A DNA stretch of 64,000 nucleotides, from positions 109,923-173,922 of the forward strand of contig JACPMR010000010.1 of assembly GCA_016185945.1 (NCBI GenBank), read 5' to 3'. The notes beneath the pieces are model-generated. The model had not been told where the DNA came from and did no database searches. It worked only from the letters and a program-made list of their open reading frames with translations. Within the stretch, counting starts at the first letter, position 1. The number at the start of each line of letters is the position of its first letter. The position numbers were made by a program, and so were the translations under genes. The stretch comes from Candidatus Woesearchaeota archaeon (lineage in GTDB: Archaea; Nanobdellota; Nanobdellia; Woesearchaeales; GW2011-AR4). This document shows, in pieces, positions 47,291 to 57,339 of the stretch.

Positions 47291-48737
47291 CCTTTACCTG
47301 CATAAACGGCTTGTTGTGGTAGTACTTTGACATTATCAAGCCAATTTTATTGACATCTGTTATGTTCTTGCTTCCCATCCATTTCAAAATTTCAATCTTT
47401 GAATGAATGTCTGATGATACTTCTGATTTTGAAAGTCCTGTGTAAAGGTTTAATGTCTCAGCAATTGCAACCGGCTCATTGACAATTTCCAAAGTGTCCT
47501 TGATTGGGTTTAACTGCATCAATACATTTGGATCACCGCTTGGCAGTATTTCGGCAATCTGCAAAGTTCTCCTTCTTCCAGTTCTTCGGTTGATGTGCTG
47601 CACACATATAAGCGAAAGGGCTGACAAAAGCTGCTTTGGCAAGTCAATAGGCGGGTTTGTAAGCCTGACTATCACCTCTATCACATTGCTTGCATGCAAT
47701 GTTCCATAAACAGAATGTCCTGTGTGCATTGCCTCGAAAAGCACTTCTGCTTCCCTTTTTCTTCTTATTTCTCCCACTATTATTCTGTCAGGCCTCATTC
47801 TTAATGAGTTAACTATCAAATCGAGCATTTCAATGCCGCCTTTGCCTTCTGGATTTGGAAGCCTTGTTTCCATAGGCACCCAGTGCAGCATTTTCGGCAG
47901 TATAAGCTCGCGAGTGTCTTCAATTGAGATAATTCTTTGATTTGGCGGAAAAAAGTTTGAGATTGCATTCAGCATGCTTGTCTTTCCAGAAGCTGTGCCG
48001 CCTGCAACTATTGTTGACAATTCATTCTGAACAGCCATCCAGAGCAATGCAGCGCCTTCATAGGATATTGTTTTTTCTTTTATGAAGTCTATTATAGTCC
48101 ATGGCTTGACTGCAAATTTTCTTATGGTTATTGTATTTCCTTTTGACGAGATTGGCGCAAGAGTTGCATTTACCCTGTCGCCTGTCTTTAAATGCGCATC
48201 CATGAGAGGGTTGAGCAATGTTATTTCCTTGCCCACATCTCGGCCTATTATTGTTGAGTAATGCCTTATTCTGGCTTCATTTGGCAATAAAACATTTGTC
48301 TTCAGCCAGCCGTGCTTTCGGTGGTAAACCCATACCGGTTCTTTGGAGTTGTTGATTACAACCTCCTCCAAGTTCGTGTCCTTGAGAAGTATGTCCAGAT
48401 TTCCCAGTCCAATGTTCTGCTGAAGTATGTAATTTATCAGCATGTCCATTGTCTTTCTGCCTGCGTTCGGGAAATATTTTGCAAGCAATTTCAGTATTTT
48501 TTCCTTGAACTGCTCCTGTATGTCATAAACGCTTTCCTCTTCGCTCACTGCTTTTGTCTCTTCTGAGACAAACTCGTCCCTGATCTTCTCGAGAATCAGC
48601 TTTGTTGTGTCGCTTATATTGGTTATTGAAATGCTATATGTCGGCACCGGGTCATCTTTTTTTGCAATAATTGCAACATCAACAACTATGTCGTTTACGA
48701 TAAGTTCATAAGAATCAATTATTTTTTCGTCTTGCAT
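47283..48737 (-). CDS. Type IV pilus assembly ATPase (VirB11/CpaF/TadA family)
   Basis: GGTASGKTS Walker A, SIEDTREL, LRMRPDRIIVGEIR, HTGHSVYGTLHA. Confidence 0.96.
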   Translation of the reverse strand: MQDEKIIDSYELIVNDIVVDVAIIAKKDDPVPTYSISITNISDTTKLILEKIRDEFVSEETKAVSEEESVYDIQEQFKEKILKLLAKYFPNAGRKTMDMLINYILQQNIGLGNLDILLKDTNLEEVVINNSKEPVWVYHRKHGWLKTNVLLPNEARIRHYSTIIGRDVGKEITLLNPLMDAHLKTGDRVNATLAPISSKGNTITIRKFAVKPWTIIDFIKEKTISYEGAALLWMAVQNELSTIVAGGTASGKTSMLNAISNFFPPNQRIISIEDTRELILPKMLHWVPMETRLPNPEGKGGIEMLDLIVNSLRMRPDRIIVGEIRRKREAEVLFEAMHTGHSVYGTLHASNVIEVIVRLTNPPIDLPKQLLSALSLICVQHINRRTGRRRTLQIAEILPSGDPNVLMQLNPIKDTLEIVNEPVAIAETLNLYTGLSKSEVSSDIHSKIEILKWMGSKNITDVNKIGLIMSKYYHNKPFMQVKGV

Positions 48738-48895
48738 TTTTATTTGGAAATTTTTATCGACAAGCGGATTACTTTATTCACTTTTCAAATCCAAATGTCG
48801 CTCTCGTTGATTGAATTATTTTTGTTGTATATTGTTGTTTTTTTGGTTTTATTTTTTATTATGTAATGTTACCTAATTGGTTTAAATTTTTATTT

Positions 48896-49840
48896 TTATT
48901 GCAGTGTCCTTATCTTTGCGTGTATTGCCTTTGCCTCTGCATCGTTTGGATCGAGCTGCAATGCTTCTCCGATTTCCTTGGCTGCCTCGTTGTAAAATCC
49001 TTTTTGCAGATTTTTCTTTGCGCGCTCTTTTTTGATGCTCGATAATGAGCTTGTTTCTTGCGGCAGGGCACTTTGACGGACATGCTGCTGCCTTAGCTGG
49101 CTTTGCAGCTCCGATATTTCATTGTATATGCTTAGATTCTTGTAAATTTCCAAAATCTTCATGCCGACTGAGTTCCTCTGCATAAAAAATCCCTCTGGCA
49201 CTTGGTTGTAAAGCTGTATGCACTTGTTGTAATTGTAGACTGCATTTGCCATGTCGTTTGCCTGTATTGCAAAGTTTGTTTTGTCTATAAGCTGGCTTAT
49301 TTCATGCATCAAGGAGGCTACCTTTCTTATAAGCTCGCTGTCTGTTGTGTTTTTCAGCTCTTTGTAAAAGTCGCTTATCTGCTGCTCCAGCATCCTCTTT
49401 TCCTCAAAAAATACATTGGGTATTGAATTAAAAATGGCTTGGATTTCTGAATAAAGCTTGAGCGGCATTTCCCTTTTGCCTTCCTTGAAGGATGCTCTTG
49501 CACTGCTTATCAACTCGTTTATTTGCATTGATTTTCTTTTTACATCGCTGAGCGCCTGGCTTAAAACACTTGATAATTGCCTGCCGAGAATCAGCAACTG
49601 CCCATACAATTCTTTATTCCATTTCAGCTTCTGCTGCATAAGAGCATGCCAAAGCTGAAGATAAGATTGCTCTGCCTGTTTGAGGTTGCCTTTGCTCAAA
49701 CTGGCTTTTATGTTTTCAAACAAAGAATGCTGCTCAGGTGCGCCTTCAAATTCGGGAATTTCAATTGCTTCCTTTTCAGATTTGCCTGTCTGTAAACCTA
49801 AGTCAGAAAGCTCTCTATCCAAAAACTCATCAATGTCCAT
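48896..49840 (-). CDS. Helical/TPR-containing hypothetical protein in the pilus operon
   Basis: C-terminal ALQLDPNDAEA TPR-like. Confidence 0.7.
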   Translation of the reverse strand: MDIDEFLDRELSDLGLQTGKSEKEAIEIPEFEGAPEQHSLFENIKASLSKGNLKQAEQSYLQLWHALMQQKLKWNKELYGQLLILGRQLSSVLSQALSDVKRKSMQINELISSARASFKEGKREMPLKLYSEIQAIFNSIPNVFFEEKRMLEQQISDFYKELKNTTDSELIRKVASLMHEISQLIDKTNFAIQANDMANAVYNYNKCIQLYNQVPEGFFMQRNSVGMKILEIYKNLSIYNEISELQSQLRQQHVRQSALPQETSSLSSIKKERAKKNLQKGFYNEAAKEIGEALQLDPNDAEAKAIHAKIRTLQ

Positions 49841-49857
49841 TTTAGTTACAGGTTCAT

Positions 49858-50346
49858 CTATAAATATGAAATATATTTATTCCAGATATCCTCTATTTTT
49901 TCTCCAGGCAGATTTCTTTCCTTTGCCTTTCTCAAAAATTCTGCCCTTATCTGAACTAGGTTTTGCTGCAGATACCTCCTCCATAGCCCCTCAATGTGCT
50001 CGTGCGGCACATTCCTCTCTTTTGCCTTCTCGTAAAACTGCTCTTTTGTTATAAGCCCTTCTGTAAAGCTCTTTTCCTTGCGCTCTGTTTCCTGCACGCC
50101 TTCCTTGTATATGTAAACATAGGGTGTAGTGAATTTGTATTCAAGTCCAAATACCTTTTCCTCCACCAAAAAATCTATCAATGCCTGGACGCTGTCAACA
50201 GACATTTTAAGCTTTTTGGCAGCTTCTTCTACCGATATTTTCTTGCTTATGTTGACTAGCTCAACAAGCTCGTCTGCTACTGTCCTCAGCACATTGTCAG
50301 CGGGCATATTCTTAAATTTGATGGATGATATAAAAACTTTAGTCAT
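49858..50346 (-). CDS. Hypothetical protein with wHTH-like N-terminus
   Basis: ISVEEAAKKLKMSVDSVQALIDFLVEE; start may be 50307. Confidence 0.65.
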   Translation of the reverse strand: MTKVFISSIKFKNMPADNVLRTVADELVELVNISKKISVEEAAKKLKMSVDSVQALIDFLVEEKVFGLEYKFTTPYVYIYKEGVQETERKEKSFTEGLITKEQFYEKAKERNVPHEHIEGLWRRYLQQNLVQIRAEFLRKAKERNLPGEKIEDIWNKYISYL

Positions 50347-50578
50347 TGTCTGTGAGTAGCAACGTAATTGACTTTTTTGTTTAATATTTAAATATCTTTT
50401 ATTTTAGATTTTTAAATCCGCCTTCGGCAAACTTTAGTGCTCGGCAAAACTTTTCTATCATTAAGTTTTGCCTTGCCTATAAATTTAAAATTTTTGAAAT
50501 TTTTATTTTGTTGATTGATTTTTTATTATTGAATTAATTTTTATCATTAAATTTTGTTTTTATTGCTGTTTCATATTT

Positions 50579-51544
50579 TTAACAAGTCTTTACAGCATCT
50601 TGGGCTGTTATGTTATACTTTATTACATTGTCAAAGTCCAGCTTGAAGTGCCTGAACTCGTCCCATAATCCGGTTATGTTGTAAAGCTGCGTGCAGTTAT
50701 TCTGGAATTTATGCGTCCAAAAAAGATAATCGATGTAGCTTTCCCTCTGGTCAGACGGGCTTATTTTGTTTGGGTTGACAAATGCCTCGATGCCGCAGCA
50801 GGTTGAATTTGCAATTGTGTTTGTGAATCTCATCAAAAAGCCTGGAGCTTTTTCTGACTGGATGTAAGTGCCGTTTCTTACGTGCTCCCTTACACTTGTT
50901 ATGTTCCACTGGTTGAAAGGCACGCTTGATTTCTTAACCTGGTTTGTGTATGCCTTGTTTGTGTTTACAAGAAAATAAGGATCGTGCAGCCCTTCTATGC
51001 TGATTGTTGTTGTGATTACAGAATTTCTTTTCCACTCAGCAACATTTGATTTAATTGTTAAATTTATGTTAAGGGCAGAGTCAATATTCCATGGCTTTGT
51101 CTGGAATACACTAACGTTGTTGACTATGATTGTTGCGTTTACATTCAAAGTGTCTTTTGCCGACTCAACTATTCTATTGTTCCAATCAGTTAATGTGTTG
51201 TTCTCCATAATTTTTTTGCCTGTTACCGAGTCAATAGGCTCTCCGCCAATTTTTCCTGTCAGCATAACCTCTGAAAATGCAGAGTCAAGGTTTGGAATGT
51301 AGGAGCCGGTTGAGTTCATGTAGAATATCAAAGACAAGATTGCCTTGTGGGTTGTTGCTCTGAGCACTGTTTCCAAGTATCGATTTTCCAAATCGCTTAC
51401 AAAGCTGTCAACAGAGCTTATCCTTGCCCTTACTGACTGCAAATCCTTCTGCAAGCTTATGTCTGCCTGCGGCGTTGATACAAGCAAGAATACTGCCATT
51501 AGAGTTATTGCAATAAATGTGAAGAATATGCCCTTCTTTTTCAT
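50579..51544 (-). CDS. Class III signal peptide (minor pilin-like) protein
   Basis: MKKKGIFFTFIA followed by a hydrophobic helix. Confidence 0.8.
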   Translation of the reverse strand: MKKKGIFFTFIAITLMAVFLLVSTPQADISLQKDLQSVRARISSVDSFVSDLENRYLETVLRATTHKAILSLIFYMNSTGSYIPNLDSAFSEVMLTGKIGGEPIDSVTGKKIMENNTLTDWNNRIVESAKDTLNVNATIIVNNVSVFQTKPWNIDSALNINLTIKSNVAEWKRNSVITTTISIEGLHDPYFLVNTNKAYTNQVKKSSVPFNQWNITSVREHVRNGTYIQSEKAPGFLMRFTNTIANSTCCGIEAFVNPNKISPSDQRESYIDYLFWTHKFQNNCTQLYNITGLWDEFRHFKLDFDNVIKYNITAQDAVKTC

Positions 51545-51546
51545 TG

Positions 51547-52077
51547 CTATCTTTCCCATACAAACACCTCTGCCTTGTAAGGGCCCCATATGCTGCTTGT
51601 TGTCTTGTTGAGTATTCCGAATGTAATTTTCTTTGAAGTGAGCAGAATCTCTGTGTTGTTCCTTGACTTGATATGCTCTGCTGAAGGTACTCTTGGATAA
51701 AGCAAAGCGCCTTCCATTACAACTTCATATCTGAATTGTTCTGGCACAACACCTTTTGAGACATTCTGTATGAATTTTTCTGCAATGTCGAGCTTGTTTG
51801 TCGCATAAAACTCCCCTGTCTGCTGCAGCAAGGAGTTTTCCGGCTCGGTTATCTGACCCTGCAGCCAGAGCTGTCCCCCGATGCCTGCATATTGGTTGTT
51901 AAGCTCGCTTATCTTTGTGTTGGCCAAAAAGTCAAGCACGTCATCTGCAAGAAAGCTAACCTGAGCTGTCTGGGGCGCACTAAAATAGGAAGATGAGATT
52001 ATGAAAACACCTATTACGAGAACGAATAATCCAAGCACAGCGTCCAGTATAAAGAAATAACCCCTCTTTTTTTGCAT
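51547..52077 (-). CDS. Class III signal peptide (minor pilin-like) protein
   Basis: MQKKRGYFFILDA followed by a hydrophobic helix. Confidence 0.8.
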   Translation of the reverse strand: MQKKRGYFFILDAVLGLFVLVIGVFIISSSYFSAPQTAQVSFLADDVLDFLANTKISELNNQYAGIGGQLWLQGQITEPENSLLQQTGEFYATNKLDIAEKFIQNVSKGVVPEQFRYEVVMEGALLYPRVPSAEHIKSRNNTEILLTSKKITFGILNKTTSSIWGPYKAEVFVWER

Positions 52078-52214
52078 TTTCCATTTGAATCTTGGAATTA
52101 GTGTATTTATAGTTTTTTGTTTTGGAGAAAATAAAAGGGCTATTAAAATAACAATCAAAAAAATAATGTTTAGATAAAACAAAAATTATAACAAATCAAA
52201 ACTCAAAAAATTAA

Positions 52215-52364
52215 TTCAAAAACACGTCGCTTCCCAACATATGCAAGCTATAATGGGAGCCCAGCTCAGGAATATTACACTATATGACTGAGATTTATAG
52301 TGCTACTGCAAAAGCTGGTCTCCTTATTCGCGATTGCATATAAAGGACGCTCTCGTTGATTGAA
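52215..52364. repeat. Family A element copy (inverted relative to 701-873)
   Basis: ACGTCGCTTCCCA..TGCAAGC..TGGGAGCCCAGCTCAGG; ends CGCTCTCGTTGATTGAA, identical to 48799-48815. Confidence 0.8.
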
Positions 52365-52417
52365 ATTTTTTTATTTGATTTTTATTGAATTTTGTTATAT
52401 CGCCTTTAAGAATAATT

Positions 52418-52813
52418 TTACTTTTGGCTGCAAGGAGTGCCGCTAAGGTTTATGTTCGGAGAGCCAATTCCTTTATAGCTGTCGTTTATTATTATAATGT
52501 TGCCATGCTCGTCCTCAAAATAGATGCAGAAATCGCCCTCAACCCTCAATCTTCTGCTTAATTCCCCATAGCTTAAGTTTTTCAGCTCGTTCAGTTTGCT
52601 TACATTCACTTCTTCGCCGTCAACAAAGCTTAAAGGCGCTTCTTCTGAAGCAACCTGTTTTATAACGCTTGACGCCTCTTCCTTCAGATTGCTTGCTTTT
52701 GCGCTCTGGTTCGGGCTCAGCAAGGTGTAGAATATGAAAAATGCTGCTATGAAAACAACCACTCCCAAAGCAATGTCTATGCTCCATGACTGGGCTTTTG
52801 GATTGATGTTCAT
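52418..52813 (-). CDS. Class III signal peptide (minor pilin-like) protein
   Basis: KAQSWSIDIALG followed by a hydrophobic helix. Confidence 0.82.
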   Translation of the reverse strand: MNINPKAQSWSIDIALGVVVFIAAFFIFYTLLSPNQSAKASNLKEEASSVIKQVASEEAPLSFVDGEEVNVSKLNELKNLSYGELSRRLRVEGDFCIYFEDEHGNIIIINDSYKGIGSPNINLSGTPCSQK

Positions 52814-52829
52814 TTCCGCAAAAGCATTT

Positions 52830-53171
52830 TCACAAATTTTCCGGCTCTATTATGATTTTATCCCTTTCAGGGTGTATGTATGCCTCTTTCCCTTCCTTCA
52901 AATTGAGGAAATTCGCAATTTCCTTCGGTATCCTCACAGCCAAGGAATTTCCCGTCCTTGTGATTTTTGTCTTCTTCCCCAAGCCCCATATGCCCTTTTT
53001 TTTGGCAGCTTTCTCTATTGCTCTTGTGGTTTTTTCGTCGGTAAAGGACTCATTGCAACTGCCGCATATCTCCGCAGGAAATTCTCCCAAATAAACTCCG
53101 AACATTGTTTCCTTTATTTTGCCTTTCTTTAAAATTCCTTTTTCGCACATCGGGCATTTCATGCTTATCAC
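52830..53171 (-). CDS. YgiT/MqsA-type zinc finger fused to AbrB/MazE domain (antitoxin)
   Basis: CPMC..CGSC and KITRTGNSLAVRIPK. Confidence 0.88.
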   Translation of the reverse strand: MISMKCPMCEKGILKKGKIKETMFGVYLGEFPAEICGSCNESFTDEKTTRAIEKAAKKKGIWGLGKKTKITRTGNSLAVRIPKEIANFLNLKEGKEAYIHPERDKIIIEPENL

Positions 53172-53398
53172 CTTGGTTTTACTGTTACGACATAAAAATC
53201 ACTGCCAATTTTTTTATAAACTACACAAAAGTACTTGTAATAAGATAAAATCTTGCTGGGCTTTTGAAGTCCTTTTGAGCCTCTTTTAATTCCCTCTTCA
53301 ACCTCTTTTTCTGATATGCCTCTTGCAACCATTTGCTCTCTGGCGTGCTTGCTGTACTTTATAGGCAAATGTAACACCTGTAAGTACAATATATACAA
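53168..53398 (-). CDS. DUF4258-like toxin (BrnT/RelE-like)
   Basis: YSKHAREQMVARGIS...VVTV; overlaps the antitoxin start; start codon uncertain. Confidence 0.8.
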   Translation of the reverse strand: MYILYLQVLHLPIKYSKHAREQMVARGISEKEVEEGIKRGSKGLQKPSKILSYYKYFCVVYKKIGSDFYVVTVKPR

Positions 53399-53418
53399 AG
53401 AGTATTTAAATCTTTCTT

Positions 53419-53760
53419 TTACTCGCTGCAGTAAATTCCATCCTCATTAAATCTGCTTGAGCCCTTTGCAAGAATTAGGTTGCCTTCCCCATCCTCAATA
53501 TAGACGCAAAAGTCTTTATTTACCTTGAGGGAATTTTTGAAATCATCGTAATCCATATTCTGGATTTCCCTGAGCTTGTTCTCGTCTATAATGCCGTCAT
53601 TGGCAAAGCTTATGTCGTGGTCGTCCAAAATCATGGCAGTTATCTTCTCGGCCGCTCCCGTGCCAGAGCCTGTTTTTGAAAATATCACGGCGAAAAATAT
53701 AACAAGCACTATAGAAATAATCAATGCCTCGTCGCTGATTTTGAAATTTGGCTTTTTCAT
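53419..53760 (-). CDS. Membrane protein paralogous to the 52418 pilin-like gene
   Basis: Shared KLxE..N..Y....L.V..DFC(V/I)Y.ED..GN motif. Confidence 0.75.
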   Translation of the reverse strand: MKKPNFKISDEALIISIVLVIFFAVIFSKTGSGTGAAEKITAMILDDHDISFANDGIIDENKLREIQNMDYDDFKNSLKVNKDFCVYIEDGEGNLILAKGSSRFNEDGIYCSE

Positions 53761-53761
53761 T

Positions 53762-55813
53762 TTAACCGCATGCTGCAACAACCAATTTAACGGGCTTGCC
53801 GTTGTAAACGACAATCCTTGTGACCTTCACCAAAGTTCCGGATGAGCAGCTTGTGCTTGCAGATATCTCAACTTTCGGCTGCGGGGCTCCTGGGGCACAA
53901 GTTACATAATGGCTTGTGTTGTAATCCCTGACCCATCCGGGCTGGGAGTTGTCGCAGACAAGCTTTGAAACATCATCATAGAATGTGCAGCTGTTTTGGC
54001 TGTCGCATGCAGCATGCACAATATTGTCTGCTGCATAGGTGCAGTCTGCCTCGCATGAAGTGCCTGGGACTAATGCATCAGCTCCTTCAAAGTTTGCGAT
54101 TGTCTGCTGCTGGGGATTGACTATAATGTTGGCTTTTGTCTTGGAAGCGTAATCCGGGTGGGAAGCAACTAAGTTGTATGCGCCGCAGTTTAATGATGAT
54201 AATGTGTAAGTTCCCTGCGAGCTTGTTGCTGTTGCTTTTATTGTTGTCAAGTCTTTCTTTGCGCTTACATCTGCTGAAGCCACAAGCTGGTTGTTTTGGT
54301 TTTTGACATTGCCTGCTATAGAGCCATCACAGTTGTTGTCAGAGCAGTCAGTTGCTGAATCGCAGTCATTGTCCAACGAGTCTGTGCAGGCATTTTCTGT
54401 TGCTGTCTTTGTCGAGTCATAAACATTTTTGGAGTTGTCGCATAAGGAATCTCCGCATTGCAGGTCCATTGCATCGCTGTCTGCATTTGTTCCTGAGTTC
54501 TGCCATGCACAGTTCGAGCATGATTGGTATTTGCCATTGGAGCATTGAGTCTGCCCTGAATCGCATTGCTTGTTTGAGTTTACAAAATTGGCATTGTTGT
54601 CGCACAAGGAATCGCCGCACTGCACATCAGTTCCGTCATTGTCATTGTCGATGCCTGAGTTCTGCCATTGGCATCCGGAATTGCATGCCTGGTATCTTGT
54701 GGCAGAGCATTGCGTTGCGCCAGGAGCGCATGGGCCCTGATTGACGCATTGGGAGGCTCCCCACTGGCAGTTGCTTTGGCATGCTTGCTGTAAAGTGCCG
54801 CAGTTGCCGCATCCGCCTAAATTTTGAGTTTGTCCAACTGAACATGGGCCTTGGTTGATGCAATTTCCCGAGCAGTCTATTGTGCCGCATCTTCCGCAGC
54901 TTTGTCCCTGCCTTGAATCGCATAGCCTGCTGCATCCGCCATTGCATTGGATTGCTCCGCCATTTCCGCAAGCCTGCCCATAGTTAGACGGGGTTGAAAC
55001 GCTGCATTGTCCGTTGCATTGGACTGTGCCTCCACAGGAGCCGCAAGATTGTCCTTGCCTTGAGTCACAAGGTCTGCTGCAAACACCATTGCATTGTATA
55101 GCGCCCCCATTGCCGCATGATTGTCCAATATTGCTTACACAGCAATCCTGAGGGCAGTTTTGGGGGTTTTCTAAATTACAAGTAGAGCCACTTCCACCAC
55201 CACCTCCCCCAGCAGCTGGTGTTCTATCTTCTTCACGATATTCGCCTTCACCGCGTCGCTCAGTGGTTCCAGAAGGACCCGGGCCCGGACCTGGAGACCC
55301 AGGACCGATAGAAGTTCTACCTCCCCCACCTTCCCCACTTTCAGCTATTATATTCCCTGTGATATCATAAACAGCATTGCCACTAACAGAGTCAACTGCA
55401 ACAACTCTACCTTCTGCCCCTCCACCGCCTATTTCTCTTTCTTCAGGCGGCGGACTAGGTGCAGATTCTGGTATTCTTTCCAACCTCACACAGCCACAAA
55501 TTCCGTCTCCGCAATAACCGATGCCTCTCATGCCTTCTGGAATACCGCCTGTAAAACCTATTCTATCTGGGTCTAAGCCGGATGGACCTGATGAAGGGGT
55601 TCCCGAGGTTCCCCCGAAACTTGGGGCTCCTGGAGCCGTTGGGTCCCTCCCCCCTTTAAAAAAATCCCTGACAGCATCAGCAACTTTCTCAGCAACACCT
55701 CTAGCTGCGTCTAAAAATTCACCAGCATAAACAACATAAGCAGAAATGATAAAGCATACTAAGAAAACAACAAATAGTTTAGAGTGTCTCTTATTAAAAC
55801 CTCTTTTTTTCAT
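53762..55813 (-). CDS. Secreted Cys-rich repeat protein with Gly/Pro-rich N-region and carboxypeptidase-regulatory-like domain
   Basis: Signal peptide; GQxCGNGGAIQCNG repeats; DNDCD motif; ATSSQGTY..GAYNLVASHPDY. Confidence 0.8.
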   Translation of the reverse strand: MKKRGFNKRHSKLFVVFLVCFIISAYVVYAGEFLDAARGVAEKVADAVRDFFKGGRDPTAPGAPSFGGTSGTPSSGPSGLDPDRIGFTGGIPEGMRGIGYCGDGICGCVRLERIPESAPSPPPEEREIGGGGAEGRVVAVDSVSGNAVYDITGNIIAESGEGGGGRTSIGPGSPGPGPGPSGTTERRGEGEYREEDRTPAAGGGGGGSGSTCNLENPQNCPQDCCVSNIGQSCGNGGAIQCNGVCSRPCDSRQGQSCGSCGGTVQCNGQCSVSTPSNYGQACGNGGAIQCNGGCSRLCDSRQGQSCGRCGTIDCSGNCINQGPCSVGQTQNLGGCGNCGTLQQACQSNCQWGASQCVNQGPCAPGATQCSATRYQACNSGCQWQNSGIDNDNDGTDVQCGDSLCDNNANFVNSNKQCDSGQTQCSNGKYQSCSNCAWQNSGTNADSDAMDLQCGDSLCDNSKNVYDSTKTATENACTDSLDNDCDSATDCSDNNCDGSIAGNVKNQNNQLVASADVSAKKDLTTIKATATSSQGTYTLSSLNCGAYNLVASHPDYASKTKANIIVNPQQQTIANFEGADALVPGTSCEADCTYAADNIVHAACDSQNSCTFYDDVSKLVCDNSQPGWVRDYNTSHYVTCAPGAPQPKVEISASTSCSSGTLVKVTRIVVYNGKPVKLVVAACG

Positions 55814-55949
55814 AATACACTTATCTTTTAAATTGGTTCTTAATAAATATTTCGGTTTTGTTAAAATTGTATTAATTTAACTACCATATAATAACTATAA
55901 TAGAAAAGTTTAAAAAGTGCTAAATGTTTGGAAGTTTTGTCTAATAAAA

Positions 55950-57101
55950 ATGGGAAATTTAGGGAAGATTACTAGAGGAGATTTTTTAGAAAGATTAGCT
56001 GGAGCAGCAGCTTCAGTTAGTTTACCCAACCTTATTCCTAAAGATTCGGTAAAACTGCTTTCTCTGGAAAATCTTATGAATGAATTGTCAGCACAAGCTT
56101 ATGGTGCACCTGATTATCATTATGTAAAATTAGATGATGGAAGATTAGTTCCTGCGGATTTTTATGTGCATATACTAGATTGGGAAAAGAATAGGAGAAA
56201 CATAGGTGGAGTTGATACAAAATTTAAGCCTCGTAAGCCTCCACATGGGGCTCCTGTTGTAAGTCCTGTCAGGGGTGTTGTCGTGCAGGTAGATAACTTT
56301 ATTATAGTCGAGTATGGTATTGTCAGGATAAAGCTCGACCATTTGGAAAAAATACTCATACCAAAAGGAAAAGATATAAGAGTTGAGGTAAAAAGAGGGC
56401 AAATCCTTGGACTAGAAGGGGACCATACACAATTAAGTGTTTCAGGAGTTACTTTAGAGCGTGGCTTAACTTATGATTATGACTATCTGGATAGGTTTGA
56501 AAGAAACGAAGACAGATGGAAGGTGTGGAGGACTGTTGTAAATCCTGCTAGATTAGCTATAGATAAAGTAGGGCCAGTGCATAAATTCCCTTTTAAGTAC
56601 AAATTAGATGGAGAAGATTATGACACACCTTACTTGAATGCTTCAGCTAAGGTTAAAAGCGGTTTGGAGAAATTAGCAGAAGATTTCGGAAATACAGAAA
56701 TTGGAAGAAGTATAGGTGCTTCATTAAAGGGGAATAGACCAATTCCTATCATAATTAATTATGCAGTAGGAATGTATCCAAAAGTAACGGATAAAGCATT
56801 AAGGACGACTTTAACTGATATTTTTGCAGACGTAAAAGAAGCATTCAGATTGCTCAAATTAACATCAATATACATTGATCATGTAAATCCTGACGTTATA
56901 GCAGAAGCAGTTAAAGCAAATTCAAATATTGTAGATTATTTACGACCTTATTATAGGATACCCCAAGTTCAAGCATATAAATCTGCACCAGGAAAAGAGT
57001 TAGTTTCATCTTATAGCCAACCTGTCCCAAGAAGAGGATTTCTAAAAGAAGGTTTAAGACAAATCGCGTCTTTTGCTAGACGACATTATAGAGCAGCTTG
57101 A
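55950..57101 (+). CDS. M23 peptidase-like protein (degenerate), Tat-like N-terminus
   Basis: TRGDFL; GGVD, GAPVVSPVRGVV, DHL, VKRGQILG; lacks HxH. Confidence 0.7.
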   Translation: MGNLGKITRGDFLERLAGAAASVSLPNLIPKDSVKLLSLENLMNELSAQAYGAPDYHYVKLDDGRLVPADFYVHILDWEKNRRNIGGVDTKFKPRKPPHGAPVVSPVRGVVVQVDNFIIVEYGIVRIKLDHLEKILIPKGKDIRVEVKRGQILGLEGDHTQLSVSGVTLERGLTYDYDYLDRFERNEDRWKVWRTVVNPARLAIDKVGPVHKFPFKYKLDGEDYDTPYLNASAKVKSGLEKLAEDFGNTEIGRSIGASLKGNRPIPIIINYAVGMYPKVTDKALRTTLTDIFADVKEAFRLLKLTSIYIDHVNPDVIAEAVKANSNIVDYLRPYYRIPQVQAYKSAPGKELVSSYSQPVPRRGFLKEGLRQIASFARRHYRAA

Positions 57102-57108
57102 ACGATTT

Positions 57109-57210
57109 TTAAAAGTCTTCTCCAGCATAAACAACATAAGCAGAAATGATAAAGCATACTAAGAAAACAATAAATTGTCTAGAATATCTCAAATTCCCTC
57201 TTTTTTTCAT
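57109..57210 (-). pseudogene. Signal-peptide-only remnant of the 53762..55813 gene
   Basis: MKKRGNLRYSRQFIVFLVCFIISAYVVYAGEDF*; 57122-57170 is identical to 55722-55770 (49 bp). Confidence 0.8.
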
Positions 57211-57339
57211 TATGCTTTTTGTTCTTGTAATTTCTTATTGATTAAAATTTCGGTTTATAAAAATGTTTTAAAGATTAACTACTAATAGATAACTAATATA
57301 GAAAAATTTAAATATGGTTAAAATGTTGTTCTTACTAAA

